NCBI RefSeq assembly: GCF_902652985.1
Contig: NC_047017.1
Span: 37,386,001-37,450,000 of the forward strand
Direction: 5' to 3'
DNA length: 64,000 nt
DNA from: Pecten maximus
Taxonomy: Eukaryota
Positions within the stretch are counted from its first letter, which is position 1, and each line of letters opens with the position of its first letter. Made by a program: the position numbers and the translations under genes. Shown here piece by piece: positions 1 to 13,170 of this stretch. Below the pieces are notes generated by a model, which ran no database searches, was not told the origin of the DNA, and worked only from the letters and a program-made list of their open reading frames with translations.

Positions 1-258
1 GTCTACAGATTTTAACACATTTGACTTGTGACATTGAAAGTAGGTAAGTGTGTTCATTGTTAGCCTTTCATCCCAGCATGCTACTGGTCCAATCTCAAGA
101 CCAGTGACCTCTTGGTTTATTGAGAAAAAGCAGAATTTGTATGCTGTTTATGATCAGATGACAATAAGAGCGATTGCAATAGATCACTTGACCAATTCAA
201 GGATGAGGGTAAAAAAAACTTTTTCTGTAAAAGAAGAAAGTGTTTTTCCTTCATTTAC

Positions 259-3200
259 CTTGACATCTTCCTTCTTCTGTGGATTTTTTTCTTTCTTATC
301 AGATTCTTTCTTGAAAGGTACATGTATTCCCCTGCCAGAGTGACTCCTACTTCTCCCGGGTCGACTGATAGTTCCCATAGAACTGCCCAGTTTACGATAA
401 AAGTCCTCAAATGCATGAAGATATTTCTTGTATGCATTCTTTATTTGGTGTGAAGCTGTGTTGGAAGGTGGTAGACTCATCTTGGCATAAACACCTCGCC
501 ATTTCAATTGGTTTGTCACCTGGGGGGACAAAAACATAAAATATGTAATTTCTTTGTTACTTCATCAACTACAAATGTCAAATCAATTTCATCTATTCTT
601 ACAAGGCTGGAAAACTATTATGAATCATAATAATACTCAACATTTTCATGTAATTATTCTTTTGATATCATAAAACTTTTAAAATTTTAATCTTTGGTGG
701 TGTTCATTTTTTATTGAGAAAATTAGGTTCAAATATGGGAAAAATATAAGGGTGATTTTCAATTAAGCATGGGACATAATATATGGGACCATCAGCCATC
801 TGGTAAAGTCCTGAAAAGATAACATCAAATGCCTAGCTTACATACCTTATTGTATCCACCAATATTCTGAACTACTTTGAAGAGCTTATACAAATTCAGG
901 TCTTTATTACTAAGGGTTGGTCCTTTGTTGATTGGGGTACCTGTTGAAATACAATACACATGATCAAGTCTAGAAACTGGAGTCCACATTAATTCTAACC
1001 TTGAATTAAAATAATTATTTCAGTGTTGCCACACTTGACATTTATAGAAAGTTCTATTGAACTCCACCACAGTCAATCAGCAATGAGTCCTAATTTCCAA
1101 TTTTCTATACATTTTAAGCAAATACAGTTCGATAATCCATAAATTCATTCGCAGATCTCTATCAAATAGTTATGACCTTGAATAGAAACATGTGGTGGTC
1201 TTGTAGATCAAATCACAAACAGACAGAGATAAGTTAAATGAAACAGGATGGAAGCATATGATATTGTGTGAACATTATTTATATGTGGGTTTATCTTCCG
1301 TAACTAACCTCTGTCATCCATAAACTTGTAAAGCTGGGCTACAAATCTGTCCTTCTCTTCACTTGGTTCATCATCAGAGGACTAAAGTAAAAGATAAAGA
1401 CAGCATATTATAAACAAACTGGATAAGGTCTCAAATGCACACAAAGACTAATTCTATAATACACCATGATATTTATATTCAGCATCTATTTGAACCATTC
1501 AAAATTTTCTTCCAAGATGTAATACCGCTTGAAGAATCAAAACCAGAGACTGAATTTAATTATGACATACCTCTTCATCATCTGTAATTTCTTCTTCATC
1601 TGTCCCAAGGAGCTCATCTCTTTCCCATGAGGTGGGCAAATCTTGGTTGTCATAGTAGGCAATGCATTTCTCAAATGCTAAATAAACATAAAAATATTTA
1701 ACATCAGAGATAGGGTCTAGATATAATGGTTGCTAATATAGGTAAACATTTATTCATTTGACATTTTCTACAGTACACATCCAGCTAGTGTGTTCATATA
1801 AATGCAATTGTCACTTTTCCCCTTATTTTTAACATTTAAATTGTGACAAGAAATACAAATTGACAATGAGCTTTCTAAGACATGCACTTAAATTACAAAC
1901 CTGCTTTCAAAGTTTTGTCTTCATTTTTCTGAACAGTTTCCTTTGAAAACTCCTTCATGTCTTTACGAGCAATTGAGTGGCTGAAATAAAATAAAATCCA
2001 GAATAAAATTTCATGACAAGATATATTATCTTTAAGAAATCTTATCACAAGTCAAACAAATCAACCAAGCAAAATGTTTCAAGATAAATATTACTCACAA
2101 TTTTCAAAGATTTACAATTAAGTATTACTCACAATTTTCCATCTTTAAATGATTTGATAAGGAGATGATCCTTGGTGCGTAGTTCAGTGCTGTGGGCATC
2201 AGGCAGAACCACAAGTACAGGCACCTGTTGTTTACGCTTGTCTCCCATCTCGGCCAACATCACCTTCCCTACCAGGTTCTGTAATCTGCCCTTGTACACA
2301 GCACGTTTAGGGATACTTTCATCAGAGCTTGTATCATCATCTTCATCATTCCTGATACCAGACAAAAAGTAAACATTTCATTACCCAATACTAATTCTCC
2401 TGATATGCATGAATTTTAACTTTTCCTGTATTATAACAAATGAGTCCTAAATGCAAGCAATACAATTTATGTTGCCAATGGTATAGATCAGTATCTGTGT
2501 TTGACAATACAGTAGTTAAACAAAAATAATGACCTAATACTGAAGATAGTGTGTTCTTTGTATTAAACTCCAGTTCATTTACCAAGTCATTTCAACGAGT
2601 CTAAATCTTAGAATGTCTGTCTTAATAATCAAACAGGGAGAAATTAGGAAATGATAGTGTAACTGTAAGTTGCAGCAATGCTAAATGTAATCTGTATCTA
2701 TAATACCATCTTCTTTTTTCATATGTTCAGTTGAGACTCAATACCTCATGGTTGTAGAATTACATTAATTACAACTGTATCAATATCAATCAAATTCAGT
2801 GTCATAAAAATCTGTAGTTTCTAGAACATACCCTATGCTATGCCTTCCTCCACGCTTGACATTTTTGCTGTGCATCACAGGAGTTCCAAAATGCTCAGGA
2901 TGAGACAAAGGGAGATTGTCTAAGGTCTGCAATAAATTAGGTTTTTATTCAAATACAACAATGAAATAAAAATATCCAAGTAAACATATATTCTTTCTGA
3001 TAAACTAATTGTTACCTATCTAACATATCTTCAATCTTGCTTTGTTTATGACAGGAAAATCACAACAGACTTGTATAGTATTGCCATAATCGTCCCCAAA
3101 CTGCTACCTTTCAAGGAATGCTAGGAATATTTAACCAAAGATGCATCTTATTTGAATACTAATTCCTCCCACTGGTTGTTAATATTTCCTCTCCAATGTT

Positions 3201-6200
3201 GCCACAAGAGTTATCTCTATCTTACCACCCCCATATAAAGGGAAGAAACAGTGTCCAATAAATTGGAATGACATACCTCACTTTCAATGAAATGTTTTTC
3301 TCCTTTCAAACACAGTTGTGTTCTCCTGAGTGTTTTCTCATCGCCATCATTAAACACTGCAAGTCACAAATAGAGAAAGAAGTTATATATATATTTGTAG
3401 TATAAAAGATCATGTAAATTTATCAGGAGGAAAGGTGACGTCATACTTGATTTGTGTTATCGTAAATATTTGCAAATAGTGCACTTTTTTTTCTAAAATT
3501 GGCAAGTGAAAAAATTCTCTAAGCACTATATGCAAGAACAAGCCTCTGCCAGGTAGTTGCATGGATGTTCTGAATGTGAGCTGAGATTTGCTATTGTCAT
3601 TTCTTTTTACAGCAGGTTTATGATTTAATACTTAAATATATAAAGCATTTAGTAAGTAAATATTGAACAAATAATGAAGGAAAGAAATAGTTATTTTGAC
3701 ATTTAAATCCTTGAAATTGTATATCTATTTATCAGAAATTACAAGGATCTGTCCTTTTCAAGTGACATGTGTTCTGCACACATAAGGTCTCACTTCAGCA
3801 AGTTAACGTGTTCAGGTGCAAATACAATGTAAAATGACTCAATTAACATCAAACAAAACTTGAAATGATACATCAGCAATTAGCTGCTCTGATTCATTAT
3901 TTACACCGTAAAATTTATCCTATTAACATGTTTATTTGATTGATGTAAAAGTAGTAACCAGCACTCTGACAGCAGAATTGTTTCCATATACAGAATGGTG
4001 GCTAGTGTTACATTACGTAGCCCGACACTTCTACTCCGCTTTCCAGTCAATCTTGTTATAATTGGGCCTAATTAGTTTTGTATATCTTGTGTACAGATAC
4101 CCCAAGAAAATCACAAGCTAATTGGGGTAGGATTAATTATTTTGTTTGTACAAACATCATAGATCAATGATTCCAATTCAATGTAATTAAGCTTTGATAA
4201 GTTACAGATTTCCATCATCTTGCGCTGGAGTATTCAGCTACTGTGCAGTTAAAACATTCAAAGGAACAACCCCAATTTTTTTTATCTCAAAACGTATTAT
4301 TAGATCAAAGTGTCAAGGCCACTCATAGGTGCTGTGCATGGGGGATCGAAATAAAAGAGAAAATCATGTTTCTTGATAAACCACATCACGACTTTCCCTA
4401 CGTACATAAGATTCCCATAAATAACAAAGAAGAATAGTATTAAGTATGTTGATCAATTTACTGATACATACCAACAGTGTACATGCTTGTGTCTGTAAGT
4501 CTGGTGATGACACCCTCAGTCAACATGCCTGTCTCTGGATTTTTAACTTCCACTGTAGATCCATTCTGTAAGCAAAATGCAAGATCTATATATTCTTGTT
4601 TCCAAAAACTGAACATAATATGCTATATCTATTTGAACATTCTAACCAATTCTGGTGTATTACAATCAAATAAAAACATCGAATAATACACATGATTTTG
4701 TGACAACTCTATGAATTACAGTCCCAAACTGAATCAAAGTGTGCAATATAGTTGCTTAATATTTCTTTGCATGAACATTAATTAACAAAATATATACAAT
4801 CAAACTTAAATTCTACTCCGTAATCATGTTATCAAGCAAAATATCAGGCACATACAGCATTCAAAGTCTTTGAAGTATAAATGCAGTAAAACCCCATTTA
4901 CTCGAACCTGGTTTATTGGAATACCCCTCATTCATTGAACAGTTCGTTTGGTCCCGACCAAATTCGTACATATTCTTTGTTAAATAACCAAGGATTAGTT
5001 AAACCGTTATTCCTTGAACACCCTGTATTCCTCTCACAGTAATTTATCCCAAAATCTTCATAATCATTGCATTAATCCTATCTATTCAATCTATTCGTAG
5101 GAAAGGTGTCATCTGTTCCAACCAACTTATATTTTTAGCTGTTTCATGCCTGCACTGCGTCAGGCTAAGACTAGTCTATTGGTATCGAAACAATGATGTG
5201 TTGACACAGGTGTCTGATCAGGATAACAGGTAATAACAGGATTAATGGTGGTATCATTACATAGCTTTGGTAATATCATAAATGTTTAAATGTACATGTC
5301 TATTATTTTAAGCGAGAATCTTTCACATATACACCACTCTGCTGTGCTGACGGAATTGATTCTATATTTGTGTTTAACAATATTGAGGAATGGTGATATA
5401 AAAAGGAAAACTAACAGAGGGTTCTTGACAATTTGTGTTTTCCCCGATGGGTGGGGTTTTATTGCACAATTAATATTTGACTATTATTTAGTTATTGGTA
5501 ACAATATCAATAGAAATGCAATGATAATATAATACGAAAATCAAACTGGAAGTTTATATATGGCGAACATAAACATTTCAGTATACAGAAGTAGATTACT
5601 AAGTAGAGACTAAATTCAAGTGTATGTTGTTAAGTTTCAAATCTTATCAAATGTTGTAAATCTGTACTTATTGCTATCAGCTATGCATAATAATAGCATA
5701 AGTTTCACAATGCCTATGCATGGTTAAAATTATCATACAATATATGACAGGTCTATACTTGAAGATCCAGAACCAACCTCAGGTTCATCGTATACCATGT
5801 ATTCATCAAACTTTTGATCAGGTCTCCACTAATTCAAAGAAGTGAAGGTTTTACTGTTTTAATGACTATAACAACACTTACCTTCAAGATTCCTTTCACA
5901 CCATCATCAGTGACAAGGAGAGATGACTGTGTTTCTTTCAGAAATATCTAAAAGATAATCATTATGAGATGAATTTTAAATGAAAATGTGTGGAACCACA
6001 GATTAAAATTAATATGTTTTCGCCAAGAAATCATAATTGTTCCAGCATATTTTATAAACAATTCTTTAATAAATCAGTTTACTAAATTAAACAAATGGAA
6101 TAGTTTCAATTCAGAAATTCCTTCCTTCTTTTTGTCTTAACAATAAACTTACCTTGCACTTAACACATTTCACTAGTTTCTTCACTTTTGCTTCACAAAA

Positions 6201-8477
6201 GGCTCCTCGATACTTTGCACTAACTTCTGTTCCTACCACAAGGAATGGGGGATCATCCCCAGCCTGAAAATAAAAGATATACTGAATTTGAACATCCTAT
6301 AGAATAAAACACTTTTCTTTGGTATAGTCTTAATAAATGTCTGGGAACCTTTTGCAAAATTGGTTAGATACATTATTTAAAATTCACAATACTCCTTTCC
6401 AATAACTGCAAAAAGGTGATCATACAATGTTGCCAGTTTTGAGATACAAATTCATAAACATCCAAAAATTAATCTTTCAAAACTTTACAAAATACCTGGA
6501 GGATGAAACCTTCAATTAACTCTGCATCCAGGATATTTTGAAATTGGGGCATGCCTCCCATGTATTTAAGATAAGTAGAGACTCCCATATGTCTCCACTA
6601 GCTCTAGATCTATGGCGAATTTAGAGCAACATTATTTACTTAGGTCTATGGCTCTATGCTGTTGCTTGTTACTTCTAAGTCAAAAATGCTGATGTTGTAA
6701 ATAACAAACTGTTATATATGTAATTCAAGACATTTGTTATGACTCTTTATGACAGATGCAAGCCACAAATCAAACTTGGGTTGATCTACAGGGCCAGCTG
6801 GGTGCAGTTTGTCATACGTACACAAACTACACCCAACATGCTCTGGTTAAACATGTGCCAGGTAATTGCTTTATATTATATATTTACACTAGTCAAGCTT
6901 CGTCACTATTCAACAATATTACCAGATGTATTTGTCTACCATTCTTACAGTTATGTAGCTAGTTCATAGGTTTTACAGATATCTTTAATTTGTGTTTCCT
7001 TTGAAAAACCTCGTCTGTGATTGGTCAGACTGATTTTCACGATCTCAGTAACTTCTGCCATTTGAACATCCTGTTGAATCAGTGAACGATTTGGTGAATC
7101 TTTATTCTGATCATTAGTCTAGGCATAGCTAATTGAAAAAATTAGTCTTTTGCTTTTGGCTGTGTGCGAATTGGGAGCGATTCATTTCGTCTCCTGCACT
7201 CGTCTTTAGAGGAAGTAACTTGTGATAACAGTAACTTATTAATAGAAATAACCACTAGAAATACAAGGACTACTTACTAATACATAATAGGATCACATTC
7301 TTTGACTTGAATTGGTTTTTCTATTTCTACCAGTTTCATGAGGGCTATTTTTTGCTTTTATAATATATAACTTGATGTTTGCGTTTAGGTAAAAAAGTCC
7401 TATCTATGATGTAGACTTCAGCTAACACAAAGTGAACTACTAATGATTCAAATGGACTTTGTATTGAGACTTATTAATATAATATCGCATGTTCTAAGAG
7501 AAAAACAAAAACAACTTCTTAATCATACCTAAGCCACGCAAAAAATAATAATTATCATAATGTTCAATATCTTCTGTATTCTGTCATTTAATATTCTTTC
7601 CTAAAACAGCTTCAAATCACAGCTAGACTGGTCATGCAGAAGGAAGCTTTATAAAAACATATATGCTTTGGATATCACTTAATCTACTTTTTGTATATAA
7701 AGATGTACCTAAAATTAAGAATAAAATAAATTAAATACATCCAGCATTTGTATCTCCAAGGCAATAATAAAAGCAAATTTGCCCTTCTGATGGCAAAATG
7801 CCTTCTCATTTAGCCTTATTAGGAGATGACATTAAGCAAGTTAACAAAATACTACACAAGTCACATTAGAACATAATGTGTAACTCGATAAAAAAAATCC
7901 ACATACGGAAACCAAACATTTAAGACGTGCTTTACATGCTACCGGGATAGAAAACGATTTTATGTTATGACATGGCTGCCACTCAGGAAACACAGCTGAT
8001 TGGCCTTCATGACTTTTTGAACAAGTTTGGATTAAATCAAATGGCCCAGTACGTTATCGCTTCAATGTTTCAGACTTATAAATGTCAGACAGCGCAGTGC
8101 AGCTAGCAGTTGCTGCACTCGATCCGCTGTGGAGGTCACTGGGCTACGACAACCGGCGGATCTGCAAGGTTGTTTACATCGGTGCATCCCAGCTGCCATA
8201 ATGTCGACCAAGACAAAACTGCTGACAGGCCCACGTTGTTACATCACCAGACAAACCCAAACAAATAGTAGACTAAAGGTCAATAATGTTCATAAACATA
8301 AGTTAATAATATAGGCCAATATAGACAAAATAGCTTAATTTATAACGCGTTGATACATATACCAGGATAATATCAATAGAACAAGACATGTTCATGGATT
8401 ACAAGAAACATTACTGACGCGCCTAAACCGACTGTCGATCGAAACCAAAGCAGACAAAAATGACAAGGACTCACCAT
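259..8477 (-). CDS. ARID4B: AT-rich interactive domain protein 4 (ARID4A/ARID4B-like, RBBP1 family); 5' part, gene continues past the left edge
   Basis: GT-AG exons with consistent phases: 8477-8475 (ATG only), 6263-6153, 5947-5882, 4565-4472, 3356-3277, 2926-2832, 2351-2133, 1980-1901, 1677-1571, 1381-1309, 940-846, 519-259. Translation [29 protein letters not shown]...[22 protein letters not shown]...PEHFGTPV matches the ARID4 Tudor N-terminus. [18 protein letters not shown]...[29 protein letters not shown]...[10 protein letters not shown] is the ARID domain. The A versus B paralog assignment is not resolvable by eye. Confidence 0.93.
4884..5856. mobile_element. Non-autonomous Tc1/mariner-pogo-like DNA element (~970 bp) in an ARID4 intron
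   Basis: Imperfect TIRs CAGTAAAACCCCATTTACTCGAA (4884) and TTCAAAGAAGTGAAGGTTTTACTG (ending 5856). No transposase ORF; the TA TSD is not preserved. Confidence 0.55.
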
Positions 8478-8654
8478 CTTGATTTTTTTACGGAAGACCC
8501 TAAAGTCCACGGTACACTTCCCACAAAAAGATATCCAACCAGATCCTTTTGGCTTTTGATATATTTCAATCAACAAGTTCAGGTACTACCGTCATCGTCG
8601 GCAATCCACTATCAACCACGGCTGAACAACAACTTGTCATCGGAAAATTCTGCG

Positions 8655-8740
8655 ATGCGATTGGTTGATTATCACGTGGGCGATAGAAATTACCCATACT
8701 TCCGTTGGTACGCATGCGTTGTACGCCATTCAATGGCGGA
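8655..8740. promoter_or_regulatory. Housekeeping, probably bidirectional promoter (ARID4 / SLC25 gene)
   Basis: CpG-enriched cluster ~200 bp upstream of the ARID4 ATG: ATTGG 8660, CACGTG 8673, ACTTCCG (ETS) 8698, ACGCATGCGT (NRF1-like) 8710, inverted YY1-like pair CGCCATT-C-AATGGCG 8724-8738. Confidence 0.6.
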
Positions 8741-9479
8741 AACACATGATTCAACAGTGGGAGCACACGCAACAAACAGTTCCATTTTCACCCACAATTC
8801 TTAAATGTTCACATGTAATCATCTAAAATTTTATCCCTTATTGTTCATATCTTCATATAAGTTCATGATTACGTATACGGCACTCTTAACTAGAGAGGGA
8901 TTGCCGTTGCTCCACTGATGACATTTGGAAAATTGTCTGCGAAAACAACATCCGGGGAATTCATGTTAAATAGCTGACAGGGGGCGCTTCCGATTTATGT
9001 CAATAACATTCGTGATTTTTTTTACCAATTTAAGTTTTCCTCTAATCCGTTTAAACAAACCAAAGCTTCATACGACTTGGGGCATGTTTTAAGTATTTTG
9101 ATGTTATGATTTCATTCTTTGAACTGGAAATTTATCAATATTTAAGTCATTAGATGCTAAATTGTGAAAGTGAAAGTAGGCTCTGTGATAGACTTGCACA
9201 TGCTCGAGTTTTGCAATATACTACTTGGAGAATGAATACATCATGGTTTTGTCAGTAATTGTGGCGGATACATTTCAACGACTTGCATACTGTGATTGTG
9301 CATAGTTGTTTAGTTTTTGACTTTTCAATTTTTGAGTATTCTTGTAAACAATGTTTCTTGCTCTTTAGTTAGCTTACATAGATGGCTTTATTTTCCTCTT
9401 ACACAACTTTATTGTCTTGTTCTAGAGTCTAGACAGGGAACATACTTCTTACAGAAATATATGTCCTTGTTTTTGCTAG

Positions 9480-9602
9480 TGTAACAGAAGAGGAAAAATG
9501 CAACCGCAAGACTAGGAGTCAAACCTGGACTTCCGAACTCTAGACTTTCTAACCATTTGAGCTATCTTGTCTCCAGCGTTCATCCCTATCCACCTCCTCA
9601 TA
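9480..9602 (-). mobile_element. Old, diverged solo LTR related to the tRNA-LTR TRIM at 11390
   Basis: TGTAACAGAAGAGGAAAAATGCAACCG...CTTCCGAACTCTAG...ACCATTTGAGCTATC aligns by eye to TGTAACAGGAGAGGAGAAAATGTAGCGG...CTCCGAACACTAG...ACCAATTGAGCTACC. Confidence 0.6.
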
Positions 9603-11414
9603 ACTAGACTAGGCATTTGCACAATGCATTTTATTGTACTGCATATATAGCTCGAAACTTGAACTGACACTTTATATGAAGTGCATTGGCTGTTTCTTAT
9701 ATCAGGACAAAATATCTTTAAACAGGTTGAGTAATATCCCCCTGGAGTCTTATATATTGTTAAGTGTTACTTAGTATTTTATGTATAAGCTAAGCTTTTA
9801 TAGTTGCTTGTAAAGGTAGCATACCTTGGTTGGCTATTATGTAGCACAACAGTTTGGGTAACTTGCATCTAGAAAAATGTTCAGACAGTTAGGAAATGAG
9901 GATTCTACTACTGAGTAATAAGAATGGAGTTCAAAGAATTCACCACTCCTTATCAGTTAAATATTCTGTTAAGTATACCCCCTAATTCTCTCCTTGGTAG
10001 TCAATAGTCATATATTACAGTTTAGGAAGTTTTAGAATTGAGCAATCCTTGTAAAGTTGCAGAAAATTATCAAATACACAATTTACATGATGGATACTGT
10101 GCTTTACAATCAGGTAATGGGTCCTCAGAATCACCTTAATACCCTTTTTTGTGAAAACCTCTAGGCTAGTGAATGCATTACTCATCGGTGATATACCGGG
10201 TACATGTTCAATGTATAACGTACACTTAATATTGGAAAAAACTACTCTTTAGATTCAGTAAAGAGCACTGATGGAAATGTATTATAGATGTTACTTCTCT
10301 AATTATTTAACATTAACAATCATCAGCTTATTCACATATAGAAGTGAATTAGAATTGTAACATTTTGTTTCAGTATTGAGATCACTATCATTTGTATTGC
10401 TTACTATGAACATAAGTAAAATAGAGGATGGTGAGAATGTGTTCTTGTACACATTAGGTTAGAAGTCGAGTGCCAACAGCCATCAGTTGTAAGGATGTCT
10501 AGGATTGTGAGTAGTGCCCATGCATGTGTGACCTGAAATTGCAGTGTTATCTTCTGGATCATTATACGGTATGTGTTTTCATTTATTCCTACTGGTCATT
10601 CCAGTTAATTTCTGAAAAGCTTAATTCTGATTCATGTACAGGTTTTTTTACTCTCTGAAAACAAGAGGGTTTACAGGAATTACCTTGTGTTTTAATTTAT
10701 TCTTCAGCGACGCTTGTGAGAGTTACAAGAGTCCATTATGAAACTATTATTTCAGTATTAGTATGAAACTGATAAATCTATATACAAATGTATATTTAAA
10801 TTTGCTACAATTTATGCATGCACTGAGATCATGTTAATTTTACTACAGTGCTAATGTCCTGTTTTATAATATGCGACTTTAAATCAAATTTCTTGACTCT
10901 TGTTGGCTCTCTTGAAAGTATATATGTATTATACATATATTTGAGAAGATGATGTGCATGAAGAAAGGAAGGGATTTTTGGGAGTGATTATAGCCAATTA
11001 TGCTTTGTAATCTATATTAAAATACCATTCAGTTTTATTGCAACTTGATAGAGTGTGATTATGATAAATGATATGGCAAGTTCTGCTACAGTAAATATAG
11101 TTATTGCCATTGGTAACAGAGGAATATCGGTAATTGGGTCAGTCATTTGAAGATAATGTAAATAGTAAATTGATTGCCAATTTCTTTAGCTGAATCAAAA
11201 TATGTTTCATACATTGTTTCCATAAAACAAAAAGTAAAAACAAAAATAGTAAAAACATAGGATTGCTTTTTTCATGCTTGACAGGTAAATTGTTCACTCT
11301 TGGACCAATTAATTGGAAATTATTATGCACTAAGTCTTGAGCCTATTTGTAACTATTTTCTGGTTCCAATATCAATATGTCATTGCTACTGTAACAGGAG
11401 AGGAGAAAATGTAG

Positions 11415-11486
11415 CGGCCAGACCGGGGTTCGAACCCGGGACCTCCGAACACTAGCCGGATGCTCTACCAATTGAGCTACCTGGTC
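11415..11486 (-). tRNA. tRNA-Thr(AGT)-like sequence inside the TRIM 3' LTR (element-borne, not a standard tRNA locus)
   Basis: GACCAGG TA GCTC AATTGGTA GAGC A TCCGG CTAGTGT TCGGA GGTC CCGGG TTCGAAC CCCGG TCTGGCC G folds as a 72-nt cloverleaf with one acceptor-stem mismatch. A and B boxes are intact and TTTT lies 5 nt downstream. Confidence 0.7.
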
Positions 11487-11633
11487 ACCGGTGATCGACC
11501 CAGTCCAGTCCCGCTACACACCTCCCTCCTTTTTTTCAAGTCTTCACCCTCGAAGACACACGAGACCCTTATACCACCACCATGGGTATTTTAGTTGGGC
11601 GCCAATTTTGTAACAGGAGAGGAGAAAATGTAG

Positions 11634-11705
11634 CGGCCAGACCGGGGTTCGAACCCGGGACCTCCGAACACTAGCCGGATGCTTTACCAATTGAGCTACC
11701 TGGTC
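11634..11705 (-). tRNA. tRNA-Thr(AGT)-like sequence inside the TRIM 5' LTR
   Basis: Second copy of the same sequence; the single LTR difference weakens the D-stem (GAGC to AAGC). Confidence 0.62.
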
Positions 11706-12275
11706 ACCGGTGATCGACCCAGTCCAGTCCCGCTACACTACTATAAATAGCTTTGTATTTTATTAGTAACACATAGTTTGTTATGAATTTCTTTTTAGCC
11801 AGCATGTTTTATCCATGGTTATTCATTGTACATGTACACTCTACATAAAAATTTTATGCTGCTTCAAAATAACCACTGAATGGATTTCACATAGTTGCCA
11901 TGCAGATACTTCATTACAATCTGCATTGTCTAGTGTCAGAAGTGTATAGGTCCATAGCCTTCTTGTTTATAGATAGCTATAGAGAGCTTATTGTGTCACA
12001 AATATGCTTCCCTATACAAAATCAAGCTTCATAACTTAACTAAAGCATAAGTCAGAGGTACCAGAGGGCCTGTGTATTATTGGTTAAAATGTTTAGATCT
12101 GTTCTATTGTTAAGAAGTAACCAAATATGTGATGTAACTAGTTTCAGGCCCCATGATTCAAGTGACTTCTAAAGTACCAACATTGATCAAACATACATAA
12201 TTTCTCACAATTATTGAATTTACCCATTGTGTACAAAAATGCTTCCTTATAAAAATTGAAGCCACATCACCCCTT

Positions 12276-13170
12276 AATTATCCCCTCGAAAGTCGGGGAG
12301 GGGATATAGCGTTCCGTTCGTACGTAAGTACGTACGTATGTTCACATTTTGTCAGCGCTCTTGCCACTTCATTTTTGAACGGATTCTGACCAAACTTCAT
12401 ATATGGGTCCAGCATGGGAATACCTCGAACGAGTTCGTGTTTCAGGGTGCCAAGGTCAAGGTCAAGGTCAGCGTTACTATTTATAGAAAATCTTTGTCAG
12501 CGCTCTTGCGACTTCATTTTTGAACAGATCCTGACCAAACTTCATATGTGGGTTCAGCATGGGAATACCTCGAACTAGTTCGTGTTTCAGGGTGCCAAGG
12601 TCAAGGTTAAGGTCACCGTTACTATTTATAGAAAATCTTTGTCAGCACTCTTGCGACTTCATTTCTGAACGGATCCTGACCAAACTTCATATATGGGTCC
12701 AGCATGGGAATACCACGAACGAGTTCGTGTTTTAGGGCGCCAAGGTCAAGGCCAATGTCACCGTTACTATTTATAGAAAATCTTTGTCAGCGCTGTAATG
12801 CGACTTAATTTTTTAACGGATCCTGACCAAACTTCATATATGGGTCAAGCATGGCAATACCTCAAACAAGTTCGTGTTTCAGGACGCCAAGGTTAAGGTC
12901 AAGGTCACCGTTACTATTTATAGAAAATCTTTGTCAGCGTTGTTGTGACTTCATTTTTGAATGGATCCTGACCAAACTTCATATATTGGTCCAACATGGC
13001 AATACCTCGATAGCCCATGCCTGATAATAAGCCCATCCATGTCTATTGCAGTTCAGAGCAAATGACAACTGATGTTATTTCAATGTCCTGCAATAACCCC
13101 ACCCACCATTTTGCGTCAGAGTTCATGTGTTAGCACGCGAGGGGATTTGTATCGTTTGCGATGCCTTGTT
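12276..13170 (+). mobile_element. Helentron/HINE-type non-autonomous element with internal ~145-bp tandem array
   Basis: 5' hairpin TCCCCTCGAAAGTCGGGGA, (CGTA)n-like microsatellite, about 4.5 units of 145-147 bp (register points 12351, 12496, 12641, 12786, 12933), subterminal IR CGAGGGGAT, 3' hairpin and CTTGTT end. Confidence 0.75.

Larger units (their letters stand above)
11390..11737 (-). mobile_element. TRIM (miniature non-autonomous LTR retrotransposon) with tRNA-derived LTRs
   Basis: Two 129-bp TG...CA direct repeats (11390-11518, 11609-11737) with one mismatch and a 90-bp internal region. Minus-strand PBS TGGCGCCCAAC (11604-11594, complementary to the tRNA-Lys 3' end) follows the 5' LTR; a polypurine tract (11537-11519) precedes the 3' LTR. 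4-bp TSD CTAC at 11386-11389 and 11738-11741. Confidence 0.92.

Noticed and set aside
8460-8804. 114-aa ORF over the ARID4 promoter
   Set aside because: Chance ORF in a locally GC-richer promoter and antisense 5' UTR.
11415-11705. Two ordinary tRNA-Thr genes or tandem SINEs
   Set aside because: Both lie within TG...CA repeats with PBS, PPT and a shared TSD; acceptor-stem mismatch and atypical anticodon-loop 3' bases.
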